Positions 1 through 12,600 of a stretch of 64,000 nucleotides of DNA are shown here, piece by piece. A program made the position numbers and the translations under genes. This DNA is from Paraspadella gotoi. Taxonomy: Eukaryota > Animalia > Chaetognatha. Under the pieces are notes generated by a model that saw only the letters and a program-made list of their open reading frames with translations, ran no database searches and had not been told where the DNA came from. The stretch spans positions 6,829,489 to 6,893,488 of the forward strand of contig CM119265.1 of assembly GCA_051294375.1 (NCBI GenBank), given 5' to 3'. Position 1 is the first letter of the stretch. Every line of letters begins with the position of its first letter.

Positions 1-73
1 TCCATCACCCTCCACATCTGTTGCGCCTTCCGCCGACTCCGCGAACCAAAACGGCGCTATCCCTAGTCTCGAT

Positions 74-3000
74 ATGAAAGGCGTGTTTTACAGTTTCGCG
101 GAGGCTTTTGATCAACCTCAAAAATTAAATGCGACTCCCATAATTTGGGTAGACCCCACAAAGCCTCTTTTTCGTGTTTCGATAGCTTGGTCTTCCTCCG
201 TGTATACAACTGACCCTCATCTTCATGCTTTTTTCGAACATTGCGGGATGCTGAACGGAGGCCTGGTCGATTATGTTGCCACTGATCAGTTAGTAAAGGC
301 TCTCCATGCTGTCGAAATCTCCACTGTTGTCCGATTTTTATGCCCACTTTTGAATCAGCTTTTTCAGCTTCTTTGTCGTACGGCCCTTCCTGAGTCCGTC
401 GCCTTGCAAATACTTCGTTTGCTGGTTCACATTCTTGGACAACTGTCCGACTTGAAAAAATCCCACTTTGCACGGGCCTACGTAAAGTACGTTTTCGATA
501 TATCTATTATCCCTGGACGAGTCCAAGGTACTGATTACAACAACAACAAAACTATACACGAAGAGTTGATCCGATGCATGAGACAATTGTTGGATCATTA
601 TGCACTTTTAGATACCCAGTTACTCTCTGCATTTTTCTCTCATGCATGGTTTTTCTTTCATGTCAGTCTTAAATCTATGGCACAGTTTTTGCAAAGAACA
701 GGACGCAGTCGGGATTCTCATCGCGATGTTAGATTTCCTCAGGAGTTACACAACAACATTATGTCATTGTTCCGAAAATTGTGCGACCGAATTCGCATTC
801 ACAGCCAACGTGGCAAATCTGCTCATGAAGAAGGGCGCATCGCCAATAAGTCTATGGCCCAGTTTGTAAAGCGCGCTTTTTCTTTCATGGATCGAGGGTT
901 CTTGTTTAAAGTAATTAACGAATTTGTTGATGAATTCTTGCCAGGGGATCCCAAGCCTCTATTTGAGTACAAGTTTGAGTTTTTACGAATCATTGCACTT
1001 CAAGAACATTTTATTCCTCTTAATTTGCCAGTTATGAGAAGGGGCTTTGTTCGAAGTTTTCCGGAACTTCAGCAGGAATTCTGTCTAACAGAAAAATTTT
1101 GTCGGACACATTTTTTAGTTGGGATTTTGCTAAAGGAAATTCAGAGCGCCCTTCGAGAAGTTGGCGAAATTCGCCTCTTAGCCATTCATTTGTTAAGAAA
1201 TATTTTAGCAAAACACTCTTATGACGATCGCTATCGATCAACAGAAAAACAAGCGCGAGTCGCGTCTCTTTATGTTCCTTTTATTCAAGTAATTTTGGAG
1301 AATAAGCCGAGACTGATGATCCGCGAAGAAGAAGGACAAGAGCTTTCGTCGGGTAGTCGTTATAGCATGGCGCCACTGGCTTCTCCAGAAGACACCGGAA
1401 GCAAGCGGCAATCGTACAATGGAGAGGGGTTTGACATAGGCTCTCTTGGTCCACCTCCGCCCATTCCAGAGGTGAGAACGACCAAAGCGAACACTATTGG
1501 AAGTTCAACGCCCACTGCTAGCGGAGGAAAAAAATATACTGGTGAAGGTCCCCCTTCGACGCCCGGTACGCCAAAGCCTCATCTAAAATCAAGTGGTCGT
1601 GAATCTTCTTATTTGGCCATGATTGCTGGTAGTAACAATGCCACAATCCCGAACAATTCTACCGCTCTGCTTACTGGGAAAAAAGGAGGGGATTCGATGT
1701 CCTCATTGAACAGCAGCGAGTCTTTCCCATCATCGTCAGAAGGATTGGCATCACCTCGACATGATTCTGTATCGTACGACCACGTCAGCGCCACTCCATT
1801 GACCTCTCCTGTTACGGACAGTGGAGTTTCTGTTCTCTCTGAAACTAGACCGCCTACTGGCCCATTTAGACGCGGTTTACAGAGAGGATCGGGCGCTTAT
1901 TCTCAACCCAACTCTACCAGCAACAACGTTGAATCACCTAGCAACACTACTGTTGTTCGATTTGACAAGTTTGAGCCTGGAGAAATCCGCGATCTTCTTA
2001 TCTGCTTTTTGCACATTGTCAAGAGCGTCAATGACGACGTTATTATTGGCTGGTGGACGCAAGCCAGCGAGTACGAGATACTTGATTTTTTTGGCATCCT
2101 CGAAATTTGCCTGCATCAGTTCCGCTATCGTGGACGTCAGCGAATTCTCACGTCTCCCTCGTCCTCACCGAGTCATAGTCCGGACCCGAGATCACAGACG
2201 TTACCTCCGAGAACCTCGAACCCACTTTCGGAAACACAGCGAGGATTGTATCTGAGCAGCGTTTTTGGTGAGCCAAAGGGAGGGTCCGATTATCTTCCAA
2301 AGGGATTTGCTCCTACCAAGGGGGACTTGGAAGCCGCGCATAGAGTCATGCAAGAAGGGAATTTGTCCTCGGAAGTTGGGACCATCGTTTTAGACATCGT
2401 ATCTGTTTATATGAGTAATTTCAAGGAAAAACTTGAAGATAATTGCGGTGACAACACGAAGATGAGAAAGATTTTCGACATTCTTATCTCCCTTTTGCAT
2501 TCAAATCTGCAGAGTGAGATGGTTGTTAAGCACGCTTTTGCCTCGCTTAGAGCCTACGTGAAAAAATTTCCTTCTTTACTTTTTCACGGAAATCCATTGT
2601 TTTGCCGAACGCTTTGTTACGAGCTTTTAAGAAGTTGCAACGCTTGCTTGTCGTCGACTCGCAGTGAGGCCTGCGGTTTGCTTTATCTCCTGATGCGCAG
2701 CAATTTTGAATTTAGTAAACGACGTGGATTTACTCGAGTTCATTTGCAAGTCATTATCGCGGTTTCTCAGTTGATATCTGAAAACGTAGGACTTAGTGGA
2801 ACGCGATTTCAGGAATCCCTTTCATTTGTAAATTCCTACGCCAATAGTGATCGGCACATGCAAGTAACCTCCTTCCCATCCGAGGTAAAAGACCTGACTA
2901 AGCGAATACGCACTATATTAATGGCCACCTCGCAGATGAAGTATCATAAAAACGATCCGGAGATGCTGGTCGATTTGCAATATTCGTTGGCTAAGTCGTA

Positions 3001-4414
3001 CGCTTCTACTCCAGAATTGAGAAAAACCTGGTTAGACTCCATCGCAAAAATTCATATCACTCACGGAAACTATTCCGAAGCTGCCCTGTGCTACATCCAC
3101 ATTGCAGCTCTCATCGCTGAGTTTCTCAGGCGTCGTGGACTTTTGGAAGAGGGCGGCGCAGTTTTCTCCAAAATCTCGCCCAACATTGTGCCGGAAGAAA
3201 TGGGCGTCAAAGATGACGTCGTTGGAAGCTTAGGTACCGTCGACGCGACTGGGTTGCAAGAACAACTGTCATTCAGCGATTTAACTATGGTAGAGCAACT
3301 TGAAACGGCAAAAAATTTTCTTGTCAAGGGCGAACGGTTCGAGGCACTGGGCGAATTGTTTCGTATCGTTCTACCAGTTTATGAGAAGCATCGTAATTTT
3401 GTCGCACTGGCGGAGGCTTATAAATCTCTTCATCTTGCATATCAAAACGTGAACCGGATCATGACTAGTGGAAAGCGTTATTTGGGCCGATTTTTCCGGG
3501 TCGCATTTTACGGACAACCGTTTTTCGAGGAAGAAGACGGTAAAGAATACATTTATAAGGAACCGAAGGTAACATCCTTGACCGAAATTTCAAATCGCCT
3601 GTGGAAACTTTACGGTGAAAAATTGGGTCAAGAAAATGTCCGCCTAATTATGGATTCTAAAAAAGTTGATGCTGCGGAATTAGATCCAAAATTTGCTCAT
3701 CTCCAAGTCACCTTCGTCGAGCCTTATTTCGACGCCGCTGATTTTACCGAACGCGTCACGTATTTCGAGAAGAATCACAATATTAGACGCTTCGTTTACG
3801 AGACGCCTTTCACTAAGGACGAAGGCGGACGAGCACGAGCCGGGAACGTGGATGATCAGTGGTTGAGGCAGACCATTTTGACCACGGATCAGGCCTTTCC
3901 TTTCGTTAAAAAGCGTATCGTAGTTGTTTACCGGGAGATTAAAGAACTGTCACCGATCGAAGTCGCTATTTTGGAGCTGAAACGTCAAGCTGAAGGTCTG
4001 AGCGAACTTAGTGCCCGAGATCCACCCGATTTGGTTCAGTTGCAACTTCGACTTCAAGGTTCGGTGGCTCCGCAAGTCAACGCCGGAGTACTTGCCTACG
4101 TTTCTGCGTTTTTGTCGCCGCATAAAGTCGCATGCTTTGACTCCGCCATGGTCGACTTTCTCCGTGACACGTTCCTTGGTTTTCTTACGACTTGCGCCAA
4201 TGCGCTCGAAGTGCATTGTAAGCACGTGCCTGAGCAGCAGGAGGAATACCACGCCTCTCTTGTCCAACGTTTTGATAAGATGCGTTCGAACGTTGCCGAG
4301 ATCCTGGGAGGCGGTGAGACGAGATCCGACAGAAACGGACCGGTGGCTAACTTGGCACCGGTCGCTGATAACGAGTGCGTCGACAGATTGCTTGGACCTG
4401 ATTCTTGTGCTTAA
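74..4414 (+). CDS. DOCK9: Dedicator of cytokinesis DOCK-D family (DOCK9/10/11, Zizimin), C-terminal part including the DHR-2 GEF domain; 5' end lies upstream of the window
   Basis: 1446-aa uninterrupted ORF with DOCK-D motifs (WFFF..LKSMAQ, DPEMLVDLQYSLAKSYASTPELRKTWL, YIYKEPKVTSLTEISNRL, LQLRLQGSV..VNAG). The ORF-track Met is probably internal. Confidence 0.9.
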   Translation: MKGVFYSFAEAFDQPQKLNATPIIWVDPTKPLFRVSIAWSSSVYTTDPHLHAFFEHCGMLNGGLVDYVATDQLVKALHAVEISTVVRFLCPLLNQLFQLLCRTALPESVALQILRLLVHILGQLSDLKKSHFARAYVKYVFDISIIPGRVQGTDYNNNKTIHEELIRCMRQLLDHYALLDTQLLSAFFSHAWFFFHVSLKSMAQFLQRTGRSRDSHRDVRFPQELHNNIMSLFRKLCDRIRIHSQRGKSAHEEGRIANKSMAQFVKRAFSFMDRGFLFKVINEFVDEFLPGDPKPLFEYKFEFLRIIALQEHFIPLNLPVMRRGFVRSFPELQQEFCLTEKFCRTHFLVGILLKEIQSALREVGEIRLLAIHLLRNILAKHSYDDRYRSTEKQARVASLYVPFIQVILENKPRLMIREEEGQELSSGSRYSMAPLASPEDTGSKRQSYNGEGFDIGSLGPPPPIPEVRTTKANTIGSSTPTASGGKKYTGEGPPSTPGTPKPHLKSSGRESSYLAMIAGSNNATIPNNSTALLTGKKGGDSMSSLNSSESFPSSSEGLASPRHDSVSYDHVSATPLTSPVTDSGVSVLSETRPPTGPFRRGLQRGSGAYSQPNSTSNNVESPSNTTVVRFDKFEPGEIRDLLICFLHIVKSVNDDVIIGWWTQASEYEILDFFGILEICLHQFRYRGRQRILTSPSSSPSHSPDPRSQTLPPRTSNPLSETQRGLYLSSVFGEPKGGSDYLPKGFAPTKGDLEAAHRVMQEGNLSSEVGTIVLDIVSVYMSNFKEKLEDNCGDNTKMRKIFDILISLLHSNLQSEMVVKHAFASLRAYVKKFPSLLFHGNPLFCRTLCYELLRSCNACLSSTRSEACGLLYLLMRSNFEFSKRRGFTRVHLQVIIAVSQLISENVGLSGTRFQESLSFVNSYANSDRHMQVTSFPSEVKDLTKRIRTILMATSQMKYHKNDPEMLVDLQYSLAKSYASTPELRKTWLDSIAKIHITHGNYSEAALCYIHIAALIAEFLRRRGLLEEGGAVFSKISPNIVPEEMGVKDDVVGSLGTVDATGLQEQLSFSDLTMVEQLETAKNFLVKGERFEALGELFRIVLPVYEKHRNFVALAEAYKSLHLAYQNVNRIMTSGKRYLGRFFRVAFYGQPFFEEEDGKEYIYKEPKVTSLTEISNRLWKLYGEKLGQENVRLIMDSKKVDAAELDPKFAHLQVTFVEPYFDAADFTERVTYFEKNHNIRRFVYETPFTKDEGGRARAGNVDDQWLRQTILTTDQAFPFVKKRIVVVYREIKELSPIEVAILELKRQAEGLSELSARDPPDLVQLQLRLQGSVAPQVNAGVLAYVSAFLSPHKVACFDSAMVDFLRDTFLGFLTTCANALEVHCKHVPEQQEEYHASLVQRFDKMRSNVAEILGGGETRSDRNGPVANLAPVADNECVDRLLGPDSCA

Positions 4415-5160
4415 CGATTATAATTTTTTATTTGGTGATATATTTTTATTTTCAAGTTTTAGTTGGGAACAGTTATTATATGCACAAATAAGTTAAATTG
4501 AGTACTTAAGAAGTCGTAGTTTTAGTATACTTTAATTAATGAAACGTTTAGAAATTAACGTTATTTTGTTTAAGTTTTTATTTTTATACTCCATTTTTCC
4601 GTATGTTAGATTGGAATTTCGTATTTAATAAAATATTTTGCGTCGATTTCGAGGCATTTCCACTAGCGTCACTTAAGTAGTACTTAATTTTGTTTTTTGT
4701 TTTTTCAATATTTGTTTTACTGTAATTTAATAACTCATGCATACGTATTAACGCCTGTATTATACTCTCGGCTTTCTATGCCTTTTACCGGTGACAGAAA
4801 ATTACACAACCTCTGTTGGTCTCTTTTGATTTTATTACGTGTTCTCTTTTTCTTATCAGCCTTTGCTGTTTGTTATTAATTATTATGATAATTATTCGGA
4901 TACAAAAGTTATTTAAGCTTACCATTTAGTGCCTTGTTTCGGGGTGTAACTCATTAAATTTTAATTTTGAAAGACCACTGCCAATAGATCAAACCAGTAA
5001 AGACAAAATCAATGATTTTTGTAACCATTATTATATGACATGTTATTGTTTCTTCCTTGGTCAAGCACGTAATAATTTGATTTTTAACTCTAGGAATTTT
5101 ATTCTTCAGTGACATTCTTTAGGTCAACTTTTATATTTCGTTTTAGAAAATAGACTTGAG

Positions 5161-6674
5161 ATGGCTTCAATAGCAGCCGTAGCATTACGGCGTCAAATGC
5201 TGAGCTCGCTGCGCAAAAAGGGTCCTTCGACGAATGGACTGTTCATATCTCCTACCCGTTTGCGATCGACGGCGGTCAGTCTTGAACAGGCGCTTCTCAA
5301 TGTTCCTGCGACCCAGAGCACAACGCTGGCTAATGGACTAAGAGTCAGCTCTGAGGACTCTGGCATCCCGACTTGCACTGTCGGTTTGTGGATGGATGTC
5401 GGATCGAGGTACGTGACTAGATGGAAATTTTTTGTAAATTTTATATTTTTTTTTTGATATTTATATTTATTAGATACGAAAACGACAAAAACAACGGCGT
5501 CGCGCATTTTTTGGAACACATGGCTTTCAAAGGCACGACGCACCGAAATCAGCAGCAGCTCGAGCTCGAGATAGAAAACATGGGCGCCCACCTCAACGCC
5601 TACACATCGCGGGAGCAGACCGTGTACTACGCCAAAGCGTTCTCTTCTGACTTGCCCAAGGCCGTGGAGATTTTGGCCGATATCATTCAAAACTCGGTCC
5701 TGGGCGAGGAGGAGATCAACCGCGAAAAGTCTGTAATTCTGCGAGAAATGCAAGAGGTGGAAACCAATACCCAGGAGGTCGTTTTTGATCTTCTACACGA
5801 GACGGCGTATCAAGGAACTTCCTTGGGCAAGACTATCCTCGGCCCCACCGAGAACATCCGCAACATGAAGCGCGAAGACCTTGTCGACTTCGTCAGGACC
5901 CATTATAAAGCTCCGCGAATGGTTTTGGCCGCCGCAGGCGGCGTCGACCACAACGAGTTGGTTCATTTGGCCGAGAAGCACTTGAGCGGTCTGGACGACA
6001 AGTTCCAGGGCGAGATTCCTCTTCTTCCCGCCTGCCGATTCAGCGGCTCCGAAATTCGACTTCGCGACGACTCGATGCCCCTCGCTCACGTGGCCATAGC
6101 GGTGGAGGGAGTGGGGTGGGCTGACGCCGACAACATCCCGCTCATGATCGCTTCCACCATTGTGGGATCCTGGGACAGGACCCTCGGATGCGGACCCAAC
6201 ACGGGGTCCAACCTTGGTCGAGCCTGCGGCACTCTGAATTGCGCGCACTCTTATCAGAGTTTTAACACTTGTTACACCGACACTGGTTTGTGGGGTTGTT
6301 ACTTTGTTTGCGACGGAATGGTAATAGACGAGATGATGTGGCAACTACAAACGGAGTGGATGCGTCTGTGCACTATCGTTACCGATCAAGAAGTCAACCG
6401 CGCCAAAAACATTCTCCGCGCCAATCTGTTGCTCCAACTCGATGGTTCGACGCCCATTTGCGAGGACATTGGTCGTCAAATGTTGTGCTATGGTCGTCGC
6501 ATCCCTTTGCCCGAACTGGAGGCTCGAATCGATGAGGTCAACGCGGATATTGTACGGGAAGTTTGCAACAAGTATATATACGATAGATGCCCCGCTGTAG
6601 CCGGGGTCGGTCCAGTCGAGCAATTGCCGGATTACAACCGCACGAGAGCGCAGATGTATTGGCTGAAGTATTGA
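5161..6674 (+). CDS. PMPCB: Mitochondrial processing peptidase beta / UQCRC1 family (M16); exons 5161-5408, 5474-6674
   Basis: Arg-rich presequence, [24 protein letters not shown] (HxxEH zinc motif), [17 protein letters not shown] intron 5409-5473 restores GSRYE. Confidence 0.93.
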
Positions 6675-6944
6675 AAAGTTTTTTTCTCCTTAATCTACTC
6701 TACGAACGAGACGCTGAGAGATCCTAAAAACTTGAATTTACATAAGTTTGCAAATTTTGAATTCTTTTGTAATCGTAATGTGAATAGGATTAAATATAGA
6801 CTATCACCAATTCACCATCCATCTTTGGTAGTTTTTCTAATTTGTTTTTTTCTTCTCTCCTAGTTATTTACCGTAGGTGTACTGCTATTTGCGTATTATT
6901 TAGCATTTGCTAAAAATACTCTATCGGAAACCCTTTTCCGAGCC

Positions 6945-7204
6945 ATGACTAGCAAAGAGTCTAACGGCGACAGCTTGCAGGGTGGTGACGCTATCCCCGG
7001 CAACGGCCACAACAACCTTCCCGTCTACATCCCCCACCCGACGACCGGGGGGACTACTTCCGCCGAGGCGACGCCCCAAAAGCACGGCGCCGCTCAACAG
7101 ATTGCAGCGCCGGCGTCGGACAAAATTGCCAGCGAATCTGAAGATGAGGGCGAGGATAGCGAAATTTTAGAGGAGAGTCCATGCGGGAGATGGCAGAAAC
7201 GGTA

Positions 7205-7254
<50 letters not shown>

Positions 7255-9200
7255 AGATTTGTAGTCAAGAGAAATGCCAATTGAGAAAAGAGCATTGTTT
7301 AATTCAAAGATTCAGAAATTGACCTTGTCGAAATTATCATAAAAAGCAAGCAGTTGGAAAGGGAGAGGAGATAGGTGGTACATAAATTAAAATTACCCCC
7401 AAAAATTTGTTTTTACCATAACGAAATGTAGATTTCAAATTCTTTTATAATAACTAAACATGGAAACCTTCCTCTTATACCTACACAGGGACGAACGTGT
7501 TCCTGGTCTGAACTTGAACGAGTCCGACGTGTCTTACCTGGCGATGGACTCGGAAGAAGGAGTCGAAGTCGTCTGGAATGAGACTTACTTCAGCAGCTTG
7601 AAAAAACTTAACGATCAGAAAGACAAAATTCAAAAGGTTTACGATCACCTCATCGCCCTCGAACACGCTAATATTGGACGGTTTCACGATTACTGGATCG
7701 ACACCAACAGAGAGAAGCCTCGTGTCGTTTTTATTACAGAGTACATGTCGTCCGGTAAGAACATTTCATTTCCTTTTTTAATTTTTTATATCCGTCCCCG
7801 GTACCATTCTATAATCAATTAATTATATATATATATATATATATATATTTTTTTTAGGAACGATGAAGCAGTTTCTTCGCAAAACGAAGAGTAACAAGAC
7901 TTGGAAACGATGTTGTTCCCAAATTCTCTCCGCCTTGAGTTACCTCCAGAGTTGTAATCCGCCTATTATTCATGGAAACCTTAACTGCGACAACATCTTC
8001 ATCCAACACGACGGTCTAGTCAAGATCGGACCCGTCGCCCCTGATGCTATCCAGCTGCAGTACATGCCGGGAAAGCACGTTCTTGTTTCCTCCATGTCAT
8101 CGCGGTAAGATGGTTTTATTTTTCCCGGATTAAAAGTGATAAAAATAGAAAAATCTTATTGATCATCTCAACCTCGACTTATGTACAGGACTGAAAAGAA
8201 AAACCTTCATTACGTCGCTCCCGAGTACGGCAAGGCTCAGCCATTGACGACGGCCTCAGACATTTACAGCTTCGGAATTTGCGCTCTCGTCATGGCCTGC
8301 CCAGAATTGCTTCAGGGAGGAGAAGAAAACAAACTTGGGTCATTAGCCAACTTGCAAGCGACAATCGTAAAAATCATTAATCCTTTGCTGGTAGAACTCA
8401 TTCAAAAATGCGTCCATGAAGAGCCAACGAGGCGTAGCGACGCCATCCACCTTCTGTTCCATCCAGTCTTTTTTGAGGGTCACTCGCTCAAACTCTACGC
8501 CGCCCACACTGTCGTCGGACTTGACATGGCTGAGACTTTCAGCCAACAGCCTCTTGTCAAGAAGATCAAGGGTCCCTTCACCGCCGAAGCTATACGTCAC
8601 CGTCAACCGTACGTGATCCAAGGGAAGGCATCTTGGAAGCTGGACGTCGAGCAATATTTGGAAGACGTCAAGATCGGCGCACATCCTTTATCCTTTTTCG
8701 ACAAAGCGAGCAAGAAGCCTTCGAACCAGAATCAAGCCATTTCCACGACGCGATCGCAGACACCCGAAGACCCCTACACCCACAAAATCGCTGGTGGCGA
8801 AGAGGTCGTCACTAACGGAGCCATGACGGCCGAAATTGTTTCTTACGAGGCCGAGGTGCGCGAGGTGCAACAGATGTCCTGTTCGATTCTCCCGCGTGAA
8901 GAAGGTGCATTCACTTGGAACTTGACGTTGCTTCTCCGTTTGGCCGATAAGATGAATCGACAACTGACTTGCGACATCGACATTGAAGAAGACACTGCCG
9001 AGTGCCTTACCGACGAACTTATTCACTACGGGTTTATCAGTAAGATAGACAGGGATAAAGTCAAACATTTTCTGGATCAAAGCTTTCAGCGTCTCAATAT
9101 GCCGCAATCCCATTCACGAGGGCCCCAGGAACTTGGCGATGCGGTGTCCAGCGTGAAAACTCCTTTGCAGCAGAAACCCGTTGCCCAGAGTGATTGTTGA
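6945..9200 (+). CDS. NRBP1: Nuclear receptor-binding protein (NRBP/Madm pseudokinase); exons 6945-7201, 7489-7754, 7858-8104, 8189-9200
   Basis: EILEESPCGRWQKR, YLAMDSEEGVEVVWNE, RVVFITEYMSSG, PPIIHGNL.CD.IFIQH.GL.KIG, MNRQLTC. Three GT-AG introns keep the frame. Confidence 0.9.
7207..7252 (+). repeat. Poly(T) tract of about 46 nt at the start of NRBP intron 1
   Basis: Direct observation. Confidence 0.9.
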
Positions 9201-9666
9201 TTCAACGTTAATTTTCTATGTTGATTCTCGACTTAATTCAACTCTGTAAAACTTTTTTCCCGATCATGGCTCAAAAATCCAACTTGTAGAGTTAAAGAGG
9301 CCGCGCAAAATTTTAGTATTTCTAACGAAAAAGTAGTCTTTTAAGCTGGTTATTCAGTTCACTGTTCAAAAGACATTTTTTATTCATTTGTCGTTTCTTG
9401 CCTTATTTTTTAACACATTTGATTCGTAGATAACGAACAGTTTATTATTGAATGCTTTCCTCAACAAAATATTTTAGTGAGGCCTCGATGTAGGAGTTGT
9501 CATCCTTTTTGCTCATTTTAAGAAACATATTTATGTAACTATTGTACGGTATGGTGAAATTTCGTCAACTGCATTTTTTTTTCTGGAAACATTTAATTTG
9601 CCTTTTACAGTCAATCTTAAACGGATTCTTATATAAAAAATTAACATTTCATAAAAACTGAACAAA

Positions 9667-12600
9667 ATGGTTAAAGTAAAAAAATCGAAGAAGCCCCCTC
9701 CTGAAGGTTGGGAGCTAATAGAACCCACGCTGGACGAATTAGAGCAAAAAATGCGCGAGGCCGAGGCAGAGCCTCACGAGGGAAAAAGAAAGGTTGAAGC
9801 CCTTTGGCCAATATTCAAGGTCAGCTTTGCATTATTGTAAAGTACAAAAAATATCTCGCATACAAAAACATTGACCTTATTATATAGCATTCAAACATAT
9901 TAATACTATATGCCATTCTTTTTTTTACAATTTCAGATCCATCATCAACGCTCTCGATATATTTACGATCTATATTACAAACGAAAAGCCATATCCAAGG
10001 AACTGTATGAGTTCACGATTAAGGAGGCCTTGGCAGATAAAAACCTCATAGCCAAGTGGAAGAAACAAGGGTTGGTATTTCGTAATATTGGCTAAAGACC
10101 GAATAATGTTCATAATTTTATTCGATTTATTAGTTGGACCTGCTTTATCGGTCTGTTGGTCACTCCTGACCCATATTATTTTGTCGGTCACTCACATAAA
10201 ACCTTTCGCCGACCGGGGTTAAGGATTAGGGGTTACTGTTAAGCGTGGTTTAGGGTTAAAAGGGGTTAGGGTGATGGAGTAATAATTTTTTTTTTAAAAT
10301 AAGTATTTTTAAGTGGTTTTTCAAAAGACGACAAAACCACGGTCAGCGAAAGAAAAATTTAGCCCATTAAAAGTAAAATTTTAAAAAAATATATTGAAGC
10401 GGTAGTATTTCATACCCCTTTACTCGTCCGAGAATCAACAGCACCTATGGCGGCGGAGGTAGTACGAGCTCCTCCTAACCCAAAGAACTCGGGTTCGCGC
10501 ACTGCTGATTCCCACAAAAAAGCACGACGGGCGTCTAACCCACCTTTTGTGACGGACGACGGCCCGATCCGACCTTGTATTCAAAGGACGGTCTTCCACA
10601 ATATAAAAAAAAGTTTATTTGGGTATATTTCTTTTTGTCAGTCCGTCCGTCCTTCCTTATTTTTAAATTCCAATTATTTGTGATTGGATGGATGGCTTTA
10701 GTTAAAATCTATATGTACATAGTAAAGTATGCTTGAACTTGAAATCAAGTTTCGAAGGAATCGTGGTATCGAATTAAAATTATTCTCTTTATTTACATAT
10801 TATGAATTGTGTAAGAATGCTGCAACAATAATTAGTACCATTATTATAACTATCACATCTACTACAATAACTATAATTACTTATAATAATTTACTATAAT
10901 TATGTTAATGATTACAAAAATAGTAATTAAAATTAAAATAACTTTATTACAGCCACCTACAATATATACATAAAGACAGGACATCGGCCTATAAAAAAAA
11001 AATATATATATATATATATATTCATGGCGTACCAGGCCAGAGGGACATTTGGGTGACCTTGGGTTTGTTTCCTCAGGGAACAATACCTGAGCCAGCTAAC
11101 ACGAGATCAACTCCATTGTCCTCTCAACCTATGACACGCCAATGACCCGGCACCATCAGCAATGCCTTTCCTTCATGAGACCGGGGGGGGGCCAGCTCAT
11201 TTTGAGCTCTTTCTTAAGTCTTATATATTTCACTTTAATCTTTACTTATCTATCCCTCTATTCTAAAAATCTCAATTTCAACTTTCATATATTTTTCATT
11301 TTCATTCTCTCAAATTTCAAATTAATTTATTTTCAATTTGTTATTAGACAGAATAATTCAAGTTTCTATTGCTTTTATCTTTGTTGTACATTGCCCAAAT
11401 GTAATTGTTTATATTTTCTCTCCTTGTCTCTCCCCTTCTCTCTCTCTCTCTCCCTCACTTACTCTTTCTCCAAATTTTCACTTCTTTTCACAACTTATTC
11501 AAATTGGCCTTATCTAAAATCTGTCCTCACCACTGACCACTATTCTTTCTAAATTCTTTGTTGGAAACTTTAACCTTGCTCTTCTCTCTCTCCCTCTCTT
11601 TTTCTCTTTAACTCATAAAAAATTGTTCTAATTCACAAATGCCAAGCGCTGAAGAAGGCTTATATTAATTTAGAATTCAGGGTACTTTTTGGCTAAATAT
11701 TTACTTAAAAAACGATATATAAATATATATTAAAAAATTTTGAAAATTAAAACATATGAAAAAACTCAGTATGTATCCCTATCAGAACATACAGTTCTAC
11801 TATGTAGTCTTATCTTATCTTGTCCTTATGATAAAAATAACATACAATATAACCTTAATCCCCCACATAATTATCCATTCCCCCCCTTTTTGTACTGCCT
11901 TGTAATTATGAGTTTCTCATTAATGATTTTCCAAAAGGGCCAATCTTTGTCAATGGGGTGGGTCAGAAGTTTGATTTTGGAACCTTCCCAAATGAAACTT
12001 CATACATTTCTGAGAAAACTTTCAATGGACCAAATTTTCTTTAAATGGCTAGAAGCACTAGTAATTAATTTATTAATATTTATTTATAGATAGGAAATGT
12101 TTAAACAATTTTTTTAAAATTTTATATTTTTAAAAGCAGATTCAGATAACTCATGAAAAGTGTTCTGCACAAGGTATAATTCTTTTTTCAATATTTTGAT
12201 GATAAGTGTTTTAAAATTGGGAAAAACCTAAAAAAATCATCCTCATCATTATCCGATGATTTTAGCAGTTTTTATTAATTTTTAGTAATAAAACATCAAT
12301 TTTAAAAAGTTGTAATTACATTTTTTGCCTAACTTTTTGAGCTCTATCAGAATCAATTTAAAAAAACTTAAAATAAAAAAAAATTTAACATTATATAGCA
12401 ATATAATAATTTTAATTAGTGAATTACTCATAGTTCGGAACATTTTTGCAAAAAAATCTTTCGTTGTTTTTTGTAGATTTAGAGAAAAACAAAGTTTTGT
12501 GGACGTAACAAGTTTTCAGAGTAAGAATGATTTATTCTTCAACAAGTAAATATAACGATAACAGTGAAAAGGCTCAGATGCTAAGTCTATAACAATGGTA

